Source: a virus (taxonomy: Duplodnaviria > Caudoviricetes). Taken from it: DNA of 54,326 bases. Below the pieces are notes generated by a model, which was not told the origin of the DNA, made no database searches, and saw nothing but the letters and a program-made list of their open reading frames with translations. A program made the position numbers and the translations under genes. Positions 1-9,479 of this stretch are shown piece by piece (position 1 is the first letter of the stretch; each line of letters opens with the position of its first letter). The stretch covers positions 1 to 54,326 of the IMG/VR virus record IMGVR_UViG_3300051215_000040; one strand, 5' to 3'.

Positions 1-1311
1 ACCCGGGACCGCGTCTACATTGACCAGCGCCTCTACCACTTCATGGCCAAGTGCGTGACGCTCAAGGTCCACCCCAAGACCGGCGCGTCCGAGGTGGTGG
101 CCTTCAACCCCAAGTCCAGCACGGTCAACGACGTGGCCCACGCCCTGCGCGCGGTCTGCTATGCCGACCTGCCCGAGCCCCAAGTCTGGATCGAGCAGCG
201 CCCGGACGATGTGGAGGCCCACCAAATCGTGGCCTTCAAAAACGGCTTCTTGCACCACCCGACCCGCACGCTCAGCCCGTCCACCGACCGGCTGTTCGTC
301 ACTTCTGCCCTGGACTTCGACTACACACCGGATGCCCCCGAGCCCGCCGAGTGGATCAAATTCCTCAAAAGCCTCTGGCCCGACGACCCCGAGTCGATCT
401 CCACGCTGGCCGAGATGTTTGGATACCTGCTGACCGATGACACCAGTCAACAAAAGATGTTCATGCTGATCGGCCCACCGCGCTGCGGCAAGGGCACCAT
501 CCTGCGCATCCTTGAGGCCCTGGTCGGCTACGCCAACCGGGTCAGCCCCAGCCTGGCGTCCCTGGGCACGCAGTTCGGCCTGCAGCCCCTGATCGGCAAG
601 CGCCTGGCCATGATCTCGGACGCCCGCCTTTCCGGCCGCGCTGACCAGCAGCCCATCGTCGAGAACTTGCTGCGCATCTCCGGCGAGGACGCCATCACCA
701 TCGACCGCAAGAACATGACCGCGTGGTCCGGCAAGATGCCCACCCGCTTCGTGCTGGCCTCCAACGAGCTGCCCGCCTTCTCGGACGCCTCATCGGCGCT
801 GGCCAACCGCTTCATGCCCTTCAAATTCAACACCAGCTTCCTGGGCAAAGAGGACCATGGCCTGACCGCCCGCCTGCTCAAAGAGCTGCCCGGCATCGTC
901 ATCTGGGCACTGGACGGCTTGGCCAGATTGAACGAGCGCGGCTACTTCCAACGCCCCCATTCAGCCGACGAGCTGGCCGCCGACCTGGTCGATCAGACCA
1001 GCCCGATCCGCGCCTTTGTGCAAGAGCACTGCGTCATCAGCGAGCACGCGCAGGCCGACCGGGACGAGTTGTTCAAAGCCTGGAAGACCTGGTGCGAGGC
1101 TCAGGGCCGGGACCACGCGGGCACCAAAGTGTCGTTTGGCCGCCAGCTTTCGGCCGCTTTCCCGGGCATCAAACGCAGCCAACCACGAGCTTTTGGCACA
1201 ACATCGGAGGCGAAACCATCCGGTGCCAACGACGCTTCTGGCACACGTTTGAACCTTTACACCGGCATTCGGATGCGCCACGACTGGGAATCAGATGCGA
1301 GCCCTTTCTAA
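1..1311 (+). CDS. Primase-helicase, C-terminal part (D5/P4-type SF3 helicase); 5'-truncated at window edge
   Basis: Frame is open from base 1. Walker A GPPRCGKGT, Walker B-like LAMISD, motif C LASNELP, D5_N-like 'VAFKNGFL', C-terminal winged-helix-like region. The N-terminal half appears at 53313-54326. Confidence 0.9.
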   Translation, partial: TRDRVYIDQRLYHFMAKCVTLKVHPKTGASEVVAFNPKSSTVNDVAHALRAVCYADLPEPQVWIEQRPDDVEAHQIVAFKNGFLHHPTRTLSPSTDRLFVTSALDFDYTPDAPEPAEWIKFLKSLWPDDPESISTLAEMFGYLLTDDTSQQKMFMLIGPPRCGKGTILRILEALVGYANRVSPSLASLGTQFGLQPLIGKRLAMISDARLSGRADQQPIVENLLRISGEDAITIDRKNMTAWSGKMPTRFVLASNELPAFSDASSALANRFMPFKFNTSFLGKEDHGLTARLLKELPGIVIWALDGLARLNERGYFQRPHSADELAADLVDQTSPIRAFVQEHCVISEHAQADRDELFKAWKTWCEAQGRDHAGTKVSFGRQLSAAFPGIKRSQPRAFGTTSEAKPSGANDASGTRLNLYTGIRMRHDWESDASPF

Positions 1312-1540
1312 ATTTGCCGCTTTGGCACAACTTGAAGGTGTGCCGGTGCAAGCTGGCACACCTTTTTTTAACCCCAAAAAACCCGTGCAACCCTTTGAAT
1401 TCATTGAGGTTTTTCACTTTGGCACAACCATGCACAGGTTAAAACGCCTATGATCATAATGTGCGCACACACATCACGCGCAAGGAATGTTAGGAGCAAG
1501 GTAGCGTTTCAGCCTGTTCCACCGGTGCCAGGTTGTGCCA
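1192..1540. repeat. TGGCACA(AC) iteron cluster; probable replication origin
   Basis: TTTGGCACAAC at 1192, 1321 and 1418; TGGCACA at 1239 and 1354; inverted copies at 1223, 1339, 1525 and 1532; AT-rich tract about 1362-1420. Confidence 0.7.
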
Positions 1541-1636
1541 GCGGTTTTTATGCCCGACCGTTTCAGTCTGGATTGATTTTGAGCTTTGGTTGATTTGCGT
1601 CACAATAAAGGCCCAAGTTCAAAACAAGGATTGATT

Positions 1637-1858
1637 ATGTTCACCATCGAAAAAGACGTTCCCACCCCCAAGCACATCGGCTCCGGCGCAAAGCCCAAGT
1701 ACCCCTTCCCGCAAATGGAAGTTGGCGACTCGTTCTTTGCGCCTGGCATAACCGCAAGGGGCCTAAGCAACGCCACCCAATGGCACGCCAACAAGACCGG
1801 CAAAAAATTCACATGCGCAACAGAGGCCGACGGCGCACGCTGCTGGCGCGTTGCATAA
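1637..1858 (+). CDS. Small hypothetical, possible DNA-binding protein (KYPFxxMEVGDSF family)
   Basis: AAGGA RBS upstream of ATG 1637; motif IEKDVPxP...KYPFPQMEVGDSFF is common in small phage proteins. Confidence 0.7.
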   Translation: MFTIEKDVPTPKHIGSGAKPKYPFPQMEVGDSFFAPGITARGLSNATQWHANKTGKKFTCATEADGARCWRVA

Positions 1859-1883
1859 TCCCCACCACCACCCAAGGCACCCC

Positions 1884-3227
1884 ATGACAAAATCAACCCC
1901 GGAAATCACAGCCGAAAACATCACCGGAAACCCCGCCGACAAAATCGAGCACTGGAACATCGAGAAACTTATCCCCTACGCACGCAACAGCCGCACGCAC
2001 TCGGATGAGCAAATCGGACAGATCGCGGCCTCGATCAAAGAGTGGGGTTGGACCACGCCAATCCTGGTCGATGAGACCGGCGGCATCATTGCCGGACACG
2101 GCCGCACGATGGCCGCACAGCGCCTCAAAATCACCACGGTCCCGGTCATGGTCGCCAAGGGCTGGTCCGACGCCAAGAAGCGCGCATATATCGTGGCCGA
2201 CAACAAACTTGCGCTCAACGCCGGCTGGGACAACGAGATGCTGGCGCTGGAGTTCAAGGACCTGATCGCCCAAGGCTTCGACGTGGAGCTCACCGGCTTC
2301 AGCGAAGAAGAGATCGACGCCCTCATGCCACTGGAGCTGGAAGAGGGCCTCACAGACCCCGACGACGCGCCAGAGGCTCCAGCCAACCCGGTCACCGTCC
2401 AAGGCGACGTTTGGGTCATGGGAAACCACCGACTTCTTTGCGGCGACAGCACCAGCATGGACGACTTGGCCAAGCTCTGCCAAAACCAGATGGTCGACAT
2501 GTGGCTGACCGACCCGCCTTACAACGTGGCCTACGAGGGCGGCACCAAAGAGAAGCTCACCATCAAAAACGACGAGATGGGCGACGACCAGTTCCGCCAG
2601 TTCCTGCGCGACGCCTACACCGCCGCCGACTCGGTCATGAAGGCCGGTGCCGTTTTCTACATCTGGCACGCCGACAGCGAGGGCTACAACTTCCGAGGCG
2701 CAGCCAAAGACGCAGGCTGGACCGTTCGCCAGTGTTTGATCTGGAAAAAGTCCTCCCTTGTCATGGGCCGCCAGGACTACCACTGGAAGCACGAGCCTTG
2801 CCTCTACGGCTGGAAAGACGGCGCAGGCCACCTCTGGGCTGCCGACCGCAAGCAGACCACCATCCTCGAGTTTGACAAACCCACCCGCAACGGCGAGCAT
2901 CCAACCATGAAGCCCGTGGCGCTTTTCGAGTACCAACTCCTGAACAACACCAAGGGCGGCGACCAAGTCCTCGACAGCTTCGGCGGCTCCGGCACCACCC
3001 TGATCGCTGCCGAGAAGAACGGCCGCATTGCACGGTTGATGGAGTTGGACCCAAAATACTGCGACGTGATCGTCACGCGCTGGCAGGCGTTCACCGGCAA
3101 GCACGCGCACCTGGAGTCGGACGGACGGTCCTTCACCGAGGTGATGGGCGAGCGCAGCCCCAACTCGCTGATTGGCAGCGAAATTGGCAAGGCCGACAAG
3201 CCCAAGGCGGGCAAAAAGGCCGATTGA
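1884..3227 (+). CDS. ParB-like N-terminal domain fused to N6-adenine/N4-cytosine DNA methyltransferase
   Basis: ParB/Srx-like LIPYARNSRTH...IIAGHGR...ADNKL; catalytic TDPPY; HPTMKP; SAM-binding DSFGGSGTT. Confidence 0.92.
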   Translation: MTKSTPEITAENITGNPADKIEHWNIEKLIPYARNSRTHSDEQIGQIAASIKEWGWTTPILVDETGGIIAGHGRTMAAQRLKITTVPVMVAKGWSDAKKRAYIVADNKLALNAGWDNEMLALEFKDLIAQGFDVELTGFSEEEIDALMPLELEEGLTDPDDAPEAPANPVTVQGDVWVMGNHRLLCGDSTSMDDLAKLCQNQMVDMWLTDPPYNVAYEGGTKEKLTIKNDEMGDDQFRQFLRDAYTAADSVMKAGAVFYIWHADSEGYNFRGAAKDAGWTVRQCLIWKKSSLVMGRQDYHWKHEPCLYGWKDGAGHLWAADRKQTTILEFDKPTRNGEHPTMKPVALFEYQLLNNTKGGDQVLDSFGGSGTTLIAAEKNGRIARLMELDPKYCDVIVTRWQAFTGKHAHLESDGRSFTEVMGERSPNSLIGSEIGKADKPKAGKKAD

Positions 3228-3269
3228 TGACCAAAACCCACCGAATCACTGACGTAAAAGGAGAGATTC

Positions 3270-3746
3270 ATGACTAAAAAAATCGAAAAACCCGTTGTAA
3301 AAAAGCCAGACGGCAGAAAAAACAACGGTGGAGCACAGCCAGGGGCTGGGCGTAACCCATTCGAACCCACAGAAACCGAGCGAAAGCAGGTAGAAGCCCT
3401 CTCGGGCTACGGCCTGCCACTGGACCAGATCGCCGTACTGGTGCGCAAGGGCATCAGCGTGGACACCCTGACCGCGCACTTCGCCGAAGAGCTGGTCTCA
3501 GGCAAGGCCAAGGCCAACAGCCAGGTCGGCCGCACCCTGTTCCAGAAGGCCACGGGCGGCGACACCACGGCCATGATCTGGTGGTCCAAGACCCAAATGA
3601 AGTGGTCCGAGACGCAAAAGGTCGAGCACACCGGCAAGGACGGCGGCGCGATCGCCCTGTCCAGCGTGGACTTGAAGGGCCTCAACGACACCGAGCTGGC
3701 GCAGATGCAGGCGCTGCTGATGAAGGCGAAGGGGGGCGAGGAATGA
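3270..3746 (+). CDS. terS: Terminase small subunit (putative)
   Basis: GGAG RBS; GGAQPGAGR, HTH-like segment, GDTTAMIWWSK and VEHTGKDGG motifs typical of TerS; upstream of terL. Confidence 0.75.
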   Translation: MTKKIEKPVVKKPDGRKNNGGAQPGAGRNPFEPTETERKQVEALSGYGLPLDQIAVLVRKGISVDTLTAHFAEELVSGKAKANSQVGRTLFQKATGGDTTAMIWWSKTQMKWSETQKVEHTGKDGGAIALSSVDLKGLNDTELAQMQALLMKAKGGEE

Positions 3747-4054
3747 GCGCCAACGAACCAATGGACCCGTTCTTCACCACGATGAAGATCCGCGCCTGCG
3801 AGGGCGACGCCGCTGGGCAGGTCTTGCTTGAGGCCTACGGCAAGCAGCAGGTGCAAGCGGCCATGGCCCAGATCGCACCCCGCATCGAAGCGGCCATCGA
3901 GCAGTCCGCCTTGGACGCGGCCGTTGCAGAGCGCCGGCGCATCATTGGCTGGATGCGCGACGAGGCCGAGTCCGGTGGCCTCACCGCCTCGCAGTACGCC
4001 GATTTTCTGGCCATGGGCCTTCCAACCGAAAACACAACCGAGACCCCACAATGA
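3743..4054 (+). CDS. Hypothetical protein
   Basis: ATGA overlap with terS stop; translationally coupled to the next ORF. Confidence 0.65.
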   Translation: MSANEPMDPFFTTMKIRACEGDAAGQVLLEAYGKQQVQAAMAQIAPRIEAAIEQSALDAAVAERRRIIGWMRDEAESGGLTASQYADFLAMGLPTENTTETPQ

Positions 4055-4326
4055 ACAAACCTACCCTTCCCGAGTCCCCCCTGCCCGCGCTGCTCGACCA
4101 CGACGGCCGATTTCAAGCCCTCTACCCCGAGGACTTGGTGCGCCAGCACGGCGAGGACATGATCGCTTTTGAGCGCGCCCGCATCCTGGCGCTGCTGGAC
4201 ACCTTCGGCAACCAGTGCCAAGCGCAAGGCCAGGCCATGAGCGAGACGGGCCACGCCAACTCAACCGTTGTAAACGCGCAACTTGACGCCGTGCGTTTGC
4301 TGCAAGAGGCGATCAACGCCGCATGA
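4051..4326 (+). CDS. Hypothetical protein
   Basis: ATGA overlaps on both sides. Confidence 0.65.
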   Translation: MNKPTLPESPLPALLDHDGRFQALYPEDLVRQHGEDMIAFERARILALLDTFGNQCQAQGQAMSETGHANSTVVNAQLDAVRLLQEAINAA

Positions 4327-4520
4327 CTGCCTCGGCGGTTCACCCAGGCGATGAGGCGGTGCTTTGCCACATCGTCCCGCTCGGCGACTTCAAAGAGCAC
4401 GAGCTGACCATGGCCTGCTGGTGCCGCCCAGGCTTGCACGAGGATTACGACGACGTCGCCATCCACAACGCCATGGACCAGCGCGACAAGCTCGAGCGCG
4501 GGGAGATTCGCGTCCAATGA
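4323..4520 (+). CDS. Small His/Cys-rich hypothetical protein
   Basis: H-x-x-P-x-x-D-x-x-E-H...CWCxP...HNA pattern; ATGA-coupled to terL. Confidence 0.65.
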   Translation: MTASAVHPGDEAVLCHIVPLGDFKEHELTMACWCRPGLHEDYDDVAIHNAMDQRDKLERGEIRVQ

Positions 4521-6097
4521 GCGCCGCCGTCTCCCCCGCCGTTATGCTGGACCTGATCGCCCGGGAGCAAGCCCGGCGCAAGGCCAGCGCCAGCCTGTAC
4601 GAGTTCGTGCAGCAGGCCTGGCACGTCATGGAGCCGGGCGTGCCGTTTGTGCCGAGCTGGCACATCGAGGCCATCTGCGAGCACCTGGAGGCGGTCAGCT
4701 CCGGCGACATTACGCGGCTGCTGATCAACATCCCGCCGCGCCACTCCAAGTCCACCATCGTCTCGGTGGCCTGGTGCGCTTGGGAGTGGCTCACGTCCCC
4801 CGAGCAGAAGTTCCTTGCCGCGTCCTACTCGGGCACGCTGTCCATCCGGGACAACTTGAAGGCCCGCCGCCTGATCCAGTCGCCCTGGTACCAAGAGCGC
4901 TGGGGGCACATGTTCCAGCTCTCAGGCGATCAAAACGCCAAGCAGCGCTTCGAGAACAACAAGACCGGCTACCGCCTGGCCACCTCGGTGGGCGGTACCG
5001 CCACGGGTGAGGGTGGCTCGCGCCTGATCTTGGACGACCCGCACGGCGCGCAGGACGCTCAGTCCGAGACCATGCGCGAGACCGCGCTTGAGTGGTTCGA
5101 CATGGTCTGGTCCACCCGGCTGAACAACCCCAAGACCGACGCCATGGTCACGGTCATGCAGCGACTGCACGAGAAGGACATCAGCGGCCACATCATCAAC
5201 GACATTGGCGGCTGGGAGCACATCTGCATCCCGGCTGAGTGGGACGGTAAGTCCAGGCGCACGGTGCTGGGGCCCTACGACCCACGGCGCACCAAGGGCG
5301 AGCTGATCTGCCCGGACCGCTTCGGCGAGGCCGAGATCACCAAGCTCAAGCAACTGCTGGGCACCTACGGTGCATCGGGCCAGCTCCAGCAGGACCCATC
5401 GCCGGTCGAGGGCGGCATCTTGAAGACCGACTGCTTCCAGCTCTGGCCGATGGCCCAGCGCCTGCCGCCCTTCGAGTACATCCTGCAAAGCTACGACTGC
5501 GCTTTCACCGAGCGGACCACAGGCGACCCAACTGCCTGCTCGGTCTGGGGCGTGTTCACGCACCGTGGATTGCGCAACGCCATGCTGCTCGATGCCTGGG
5601 ACGAGCACTTGGGCTACCCCGACCTGCGAGCCAAGGTCATCCGGGACTGGACCAGCGAGTACGGCGCGGACAAGTCGGCCAAGGCGGGTATGCCCACCAA
5701 GGGCAGGCGGCCCGACCGCATCCTGGTTGAGGCCAAGGCCAGCGGCCAATCGCTACTGCAGGACTTGCGTCTGGCCAAGGTCCCGGCCGTTGGCTACAAT
5801 CCCGGTCAAGCGGATAAGGTGTCGAGGGCGCACCAGACCGCGCCGACGTTGGAGCTTGGACTGCTGTGGATCCCGGAGTCTGCCAAGAACCCCGGCCAGC
5901 CTGTGAGCTGGGCCCAGCCGTTCCTGAACCAAGTGGCGAAGTTCCCCGTCGCGGAACATGACGACTACGTGGACACCTTCACGCAGGCGGTCATCTACCT
6001 GAAGAACGACGGTTGGTTCGAGCTGCCACAAGCACGCGACGTTGACGAAGACAGGCCCCGTCATCGTGAAGGAAGGGTCAACCCGTATGCCGTCTAA
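4517..6097 (+). CDS. terL: Terminase large subunit
   Basis: Walker A NIPPRHSKS, Walker B LILDDP, coupling motif VMQRLHEKD, RNase H-like nuclease with SYD and HDDYVD. Confidence 0.95.
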   Translation: MSAAVSPAVMLDLIAREQARRKASASLYEFVQQAWHVMEPGVPFVPSWHIEAICEHLEAVSSGDITRLLINIPPRHSKSTIVSVAWCAWEWLTSPEQKFLAASYSGTLSIRDNLKARRLIQSPWYQERWGHMFQLSGDQNAKQRFENNKTGYRLATSVGGTATGEGGSRLILDDPHGAQDAQSETMRETALEWFDMVWSTRLNNPKTDAMVTVMQRLHEKDISGHIINDIGGWEHICIPAEWDGKSRRTVLGPYDPRRTKGELICPDRFGEAEITKLKQLLGTYGASGQLQQDPSPVEGGILKTDCFQLWPMAQRLPPFEYILQSYDCAFTERTTGDPTACSVWGVFTHRGLRNAMLLDAWDEHLGYPDLRAKVIRDWTSEYGADKSAKAGMPTKGRRPDRILVEAKASGQSLLQDLRLAKVPAVGYNPGQADKVSRAHQTAPTLELGLLWIPESAKNPGQPVSWAQPFLNQVAKFPVAEHDDYVDTFTQAVIYLKNDGWFELPQARDVDEDRPRHREGRVNPYAV

Positions 6098-6260
6098 ACC
6101 ACCAAAGCCAGTCTGGGACAAGAAGCGTCCCAGCTCCCTGGGCGCTCCCAAGGCGCTGTCATCCAGTGCGAAGTCCAGCGCCAAGCGCGCAGCCGAAAAG
6201 GCCGGACGCCCGTACCCCAACCTGGTCGACAACATGCGCGCCGCAAGGAAGTCCAAATGA
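6087..6260 (+). CDS. Small basic protein
   Basis: 57 aa Lys/Arg-rich, with GRPYPNLVDN motif typical of small phage ORFs next to terL. Confidence 0.7.
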   Translation: MPSKPPKPVWDKKRPSSLGAPKALSSSAKSSAKRAAEKAGRPYPNLVDNMRAARKSK

Positions 6261-6532
6261 CCAAGCCTGTCAAAAAAGCCGACATGGCGTGCAACCAGCC
6301 TAAGCGCACGCCGGACCACCCCAAGAAGTCGCATGTGGTCAAAGCCTGCTACGACGGCACCGAGAAGGTGATCCGCTTCGGTGAGCAGGGGGCCAAGACA
6401 GCGGGAAAGCCAAAGTCGGGCGAGTCAGCGGCCACCACCGCCAAGCGCGACTCCTTCAAAGCCCGTCACGCCAAGAACATTGCCAAGGGTCCGTCGAGCG
6501 CGGCGTACTGGAGTAACCGCGTGAAGTGGTAA
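6257..6532 (+). CDS. Small basic conserved phage protein
   Basis: KSHVVKA...KVIRFG...SFKARH...SAAYWS..VKW pattern; ATGA-coupled. Confidence 0.75.
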   Translation: MTKPVKKADMACNQPKRTPDHPKKSHVVKACYDGTEKVIRFGEQGAKTAGKPKSGESAATTAKRDSFKARHAKNIAKGPSSAAYWSNRVKW

Positions 6533-6546
6533 ACAATACCAAATGG

Positions 6547-6555
6547 TGGCATAAT
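6547..6555 (+). promoter_or_regulatory. Extended -10 promoter candidate for the HNH gene
   Basis: TG-G-CATAAT, followed by AAGGAG and ATG 6575. Confidence 0.45.
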
Positions 6556-6574
6556 GCTCACAAAGGAGCAACGC

Positions 6575-7030
6575 ATGCCAAATCAACTTTTGAAATATGA
6601 GGCCCAGTGTCCAAACTGTGGTGAGAAGCGAATGGTTCGATCCGACGTCTTGGCAAGACTGCAGCGAGAAGGTAAACCCTTAATCTGCAAGCCATGCCAT
6701 AACCGCCATCGATTTGACGGACGCGACCATCCTCGCAAGGGCACTGGCGTCAAAAACGACCCTGTGCTCGCAAGAACTCAAACCAGTTACTACAAGGCAA
6801 AACAGCGCTGCAAGATGGGCGCAAAGCATCACGCGTGCTACGCAAAAGTCGAGTTCAGATTCAGTTCGCTCCAAGAATTGATCGATTGCATAGGTGTTCG
6901 ACCCGAGGACCAAACACTTGACAGGATTGATCCGCTTGGACATTACGAGCCCGGGAACGTAAGATGGGCGACAGTTGCTCAACAAACCGAAAACAGGATG
7001 CCGAGAGGCTACTGGAAAAGACAAAACTAA
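6575..7030 (+). CDS. HNH (homing) endonuclease with N-terminal Zn finger
   Basis: CPNC...CKPC, and TLDRIDPLGHYEPGNVRWAT HNH-like motif; more AT-rich than its neighbours. Confidence 0.85.
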   Translation: MPNQLLKYEAQCPNCGEKRMVRSDVLARLQREGKPLICKPCHNRHRFDGRDHPRKGTGVKNDPVLARTQTSYYKAKQRCKMGAKHHACYAKVEFRFSSLQELIDCIGVRPEDQTLDRIDPLGHYEPGNVRWATVAQQTENRMPRGYWKRQN

Positions 7031-7041
7031 GTGGTGAAATC

Positions 7042-9474
7042 ATGCCCAATACCCCATCCCTTCTTTCCGTCTCGCCTTACTCCCGCGCAATTGCTCGCGA
7101 GATGTACCCGGGGCAAATGGGCCAAGATGATCAACAAGACGCCGCGCGCCACATGCTGGCCGCTGGCACCATGGCTCGAAAGTACGGCCCGACGGTTGCT
7201 GACCTGGCTGGCAAGGCGCACGAGTACTCCACGTCTCCGTTGCGCGCTTTGATGACGCTGATCGGTCGCGGCCAGATGCCGCCCGACTACGAGCAGGACA
7301 TGCACAACAACGCGCTGGGCATTGAGCTGGCGCGGCGTGCGAAGTCGCAGCGTGAGCTTGAGGACTTGATCCAGTCTGCCGCCGAGCGCCCGGCCACCAC
7401 TCGAACCGAGGGGCGTCCCTGGGTGAACAAGGCCAAGGGTGGCGAGGTGAGCGCCGACGAGCTGAACCGCCCATTCATTGGCTACCGCTCCGCTGGCCGC
7501 CGCCCCGAGTCTCAGCAAGACCGCCGCGCTGCGGCCGATGCGCCCCTGTCCGCGCTGCGTGGCATGGTCTCCGGCGTGCTGGGTGCGCCAGGCGACATTG
7601 AGTCGCTGATCCGCATGCTCCCCGGCCTGTCTGAGCGCACGGTGCTGCCCACATCCGAGGACGTGGAAAAGCGCCTGCCGATGCCCGAGCTGAACCAGAC
7701 GCCAACAGGTAAAGCGTTCACCACCGCCGGCCAGCTTGGCGGCGGCTTCTACACCGGACCCGGTGCACCGCTGCGTGCGGTCGCCGCGTTGCCGTCGGCT
7801 GTCTCGCGTGCTGGGCGGGACTTCGCTATGGCCGCTGGGCAGCCTGCCGTGAACGTGGTGAAACCCAAGGGCGGCAACTGGCTGGCGGGGAGCGTGGAGC
7901 GTTCGATTGAGCCGATGAAGACGCGAGTTATTGGCCAGGACCCAGCCAGTCGACTGCGTGACCTTGATGCGGCTTACGCGCAAAACGTCGAGGCTGGTGT
8001 CGCAATGGACCCTGCTGTTTTTGCAAGAGAGCGTGCGCGTCTTGAGCCTGAAGTGGCCATGAACCGCTGGCTTGAGTCCAAGCTGGGCAAGTACATGCGC
8101 AACGAGATGGCCACGCCAGAAGACCCGCTGCGGGCTTTGGCTGAGCGAGGTGTGATGCATTACGAGCCAACCCCAACCGGCTACAGCCTTGTTGTTCCTC
8201 GACTTTCAGCTGGTTTTCCAGAAGAAGGTATGGCCACATCACCGCTGGCCAAGAGCTGGGAAGGCCGTGCCGACACATTTGTCAACAAGCTGCTCGCATC
8301 CGACATGACAAGCGGCTATTACCCGAAAGCCGTTGAGGAAAACCCCTGGCTACTCAAAGTCCCGCCAGAGACACGTGTCTACGAAATGCTGAGCGGAGCT
8401 GGCGACGACTTGGGCTTCCGCCACCTTGCCGACGAGCTTCGCAACGCCGTTAATCCCGATTCGGGACTTCCTGCAAACCTGCGCCTGAAGTACCAGGACC
8501 TGGAGAAAGTCACCGTGCCCCAGGCCGTCGAGCGCGTGGCCAAGATCAACGAGTGGCGCGCGGCGCAAAAGGCTGAGGCCGACATGGCCCGTGCCATGGG
8601 CCCGGCAACGCAGGTAGTCAAGGAGTACCCCGAGCAGGGCTTCAAGTGGGTTGAGCTGCGCGCGCCCAAAGAAACAGGCCGCAAGATCAGCGTCGAGAAA
8701 TCCGAGATGGATTTGCCGCCGGACATGGACCAGCGTCAGATGCGCGAAGTTGCCGAGGACATGGCATTTGACGAGGGTCTTGATGAGGGCACGCAAGCGT
8801 TTGACGATTTTGTGCGCGACATGATGACCGACTTCAACCGCAAAAAGAAGGTCGAGATGGACGAGTCCTACAAAGCCCTGGAGGACGCGCTGAAATACGA
8901 GGGCGAGACCATGGGCCACTGCGTCGGCGGCTACTGCCCGGACGTGGTCGAGGGCCGGTCCAAGATTTTCAGCCTGCGCGACAAGAAGGGCCAGCCTCAC
9001 GTGACGATTGAAGTTGCGCCTCGAAACATCACATCCGAGGAGGCAATCAAAATGGCCATAAGCGAAGGTCTGCCAGAAAAAGGAATGGAGACTTTTAACC
9101 GGGTTGCTGAAATCATGGGTAGTGGCGACTTTATGCGCCAAGACATCGTCCAGATCAAAGGCAAGGCCAACCGCGCACCCAACCCCGAGTACTTGCCGGC
9201 CGTGCAAGACTTTGTGCGCAGCCAGAACTGGAGCAACGTCGGCGACCTGAAAAACACCGGCCTTGTCGACCTGCAGCAAATGGGCGTCCCAGCAGAGATG
9301 CGTGGTGGCCAGCGGTTCGTCACTGAGGACGAGTACAAGGACATCGTGCGCAAAAACGCGGAAGGCTTCGCCGAAGGCGGCCTGGTCGGTGGTGCAAATT
9401 CCCCCACACTTGACTTCGACCCGGCTAGAATCGACACCATCGTGGGCGAGCTCCACGCCCTTAATGCAGGCTGA
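7042..9474 (+). CDS. Large multidomain protein with C-terminal PcfJ-like domain; putative virion cargo
   Basis: EGETMGHCVGGY...IFSLRD..GQPHVTIEV...QIKGKAN resembles PcfJ; N-terminal DAARH...AHE...DMHNN module; AxGG tags at about 7429 and 9367. Confidence 0.7.
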   Translation: MPNTPSLLSVSPYSRAIAREMYPGQMGQDDQQDAARHMLAAGTMARKYGPTVADLAGKAHEYSTSPLRALMTLIGRGQMPPDYEQDMHNNALGIELARRAKSQRELEDLIQSAAERPATTRTEGRPWVNKAKGGEVSADELNRPFIGYRSAGRRPESQQDRRAAADAPLSALRGMVSGVLGAPGDIESLIRMLPGLSERTVLPTSEDVEKRLPMPELNQTPTGKAFTTAGQLGGGFYTGPGAPLRAVAALPSAVSRAGRDFAMAAGQPAVNVVKPKGGNWLAGSVERSIEPMKTRVIGQDPASRLRDLDAAYAQNVEAGVAMDPAVFARERARLEPEVAMNRWLESKLGKYMRNEMATPEDPLRALAERGVMHYEPTPTGYSLVVPRLSAGFPEEGMATSPLAKSWEGRADTFVNKLLASDMTSGYYPKAVEENPWLLKVPPETRVYEMLSGAGDDLGFRHLADELRNAVNPDSGLPANLRLKYQDLEKVTVPQAVERVAKINEWRAAQKAEADMARAMGPATQVVKEYPEQGFKWVELRAPKETGRKISVEKSEMDLPPDMDQRQMREVAEDMAFDEGLDEGTQAFDDFVRDMMTDFNRKKKVEMDESYKALEDALKYEGETMGHCVGGYCPDVVEGRSKIFSLRDKKGQPHVTIEVAPRNITSEEAIKMAISEGLPEKGMETFNRVAEIMGSGDFMRQDIVQIKGKANRAPNPEYLPAVQDFVRSQNWSNVGDLKNTGLVDLQQMGVPAEMRGGQRFVTEDEYKDIVRKNAEGFAEGGLVGGANSPTLDFDPARIDTIVGELHALNAG

Positions 9475-9479
9475 CAGAC

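Noticed and set aside
1192-1540. Possible CRISPR mini-array
   Set aside because: Repeats are only 6-11 bp, irregularly spaced and in both orientations; iterons fit better.
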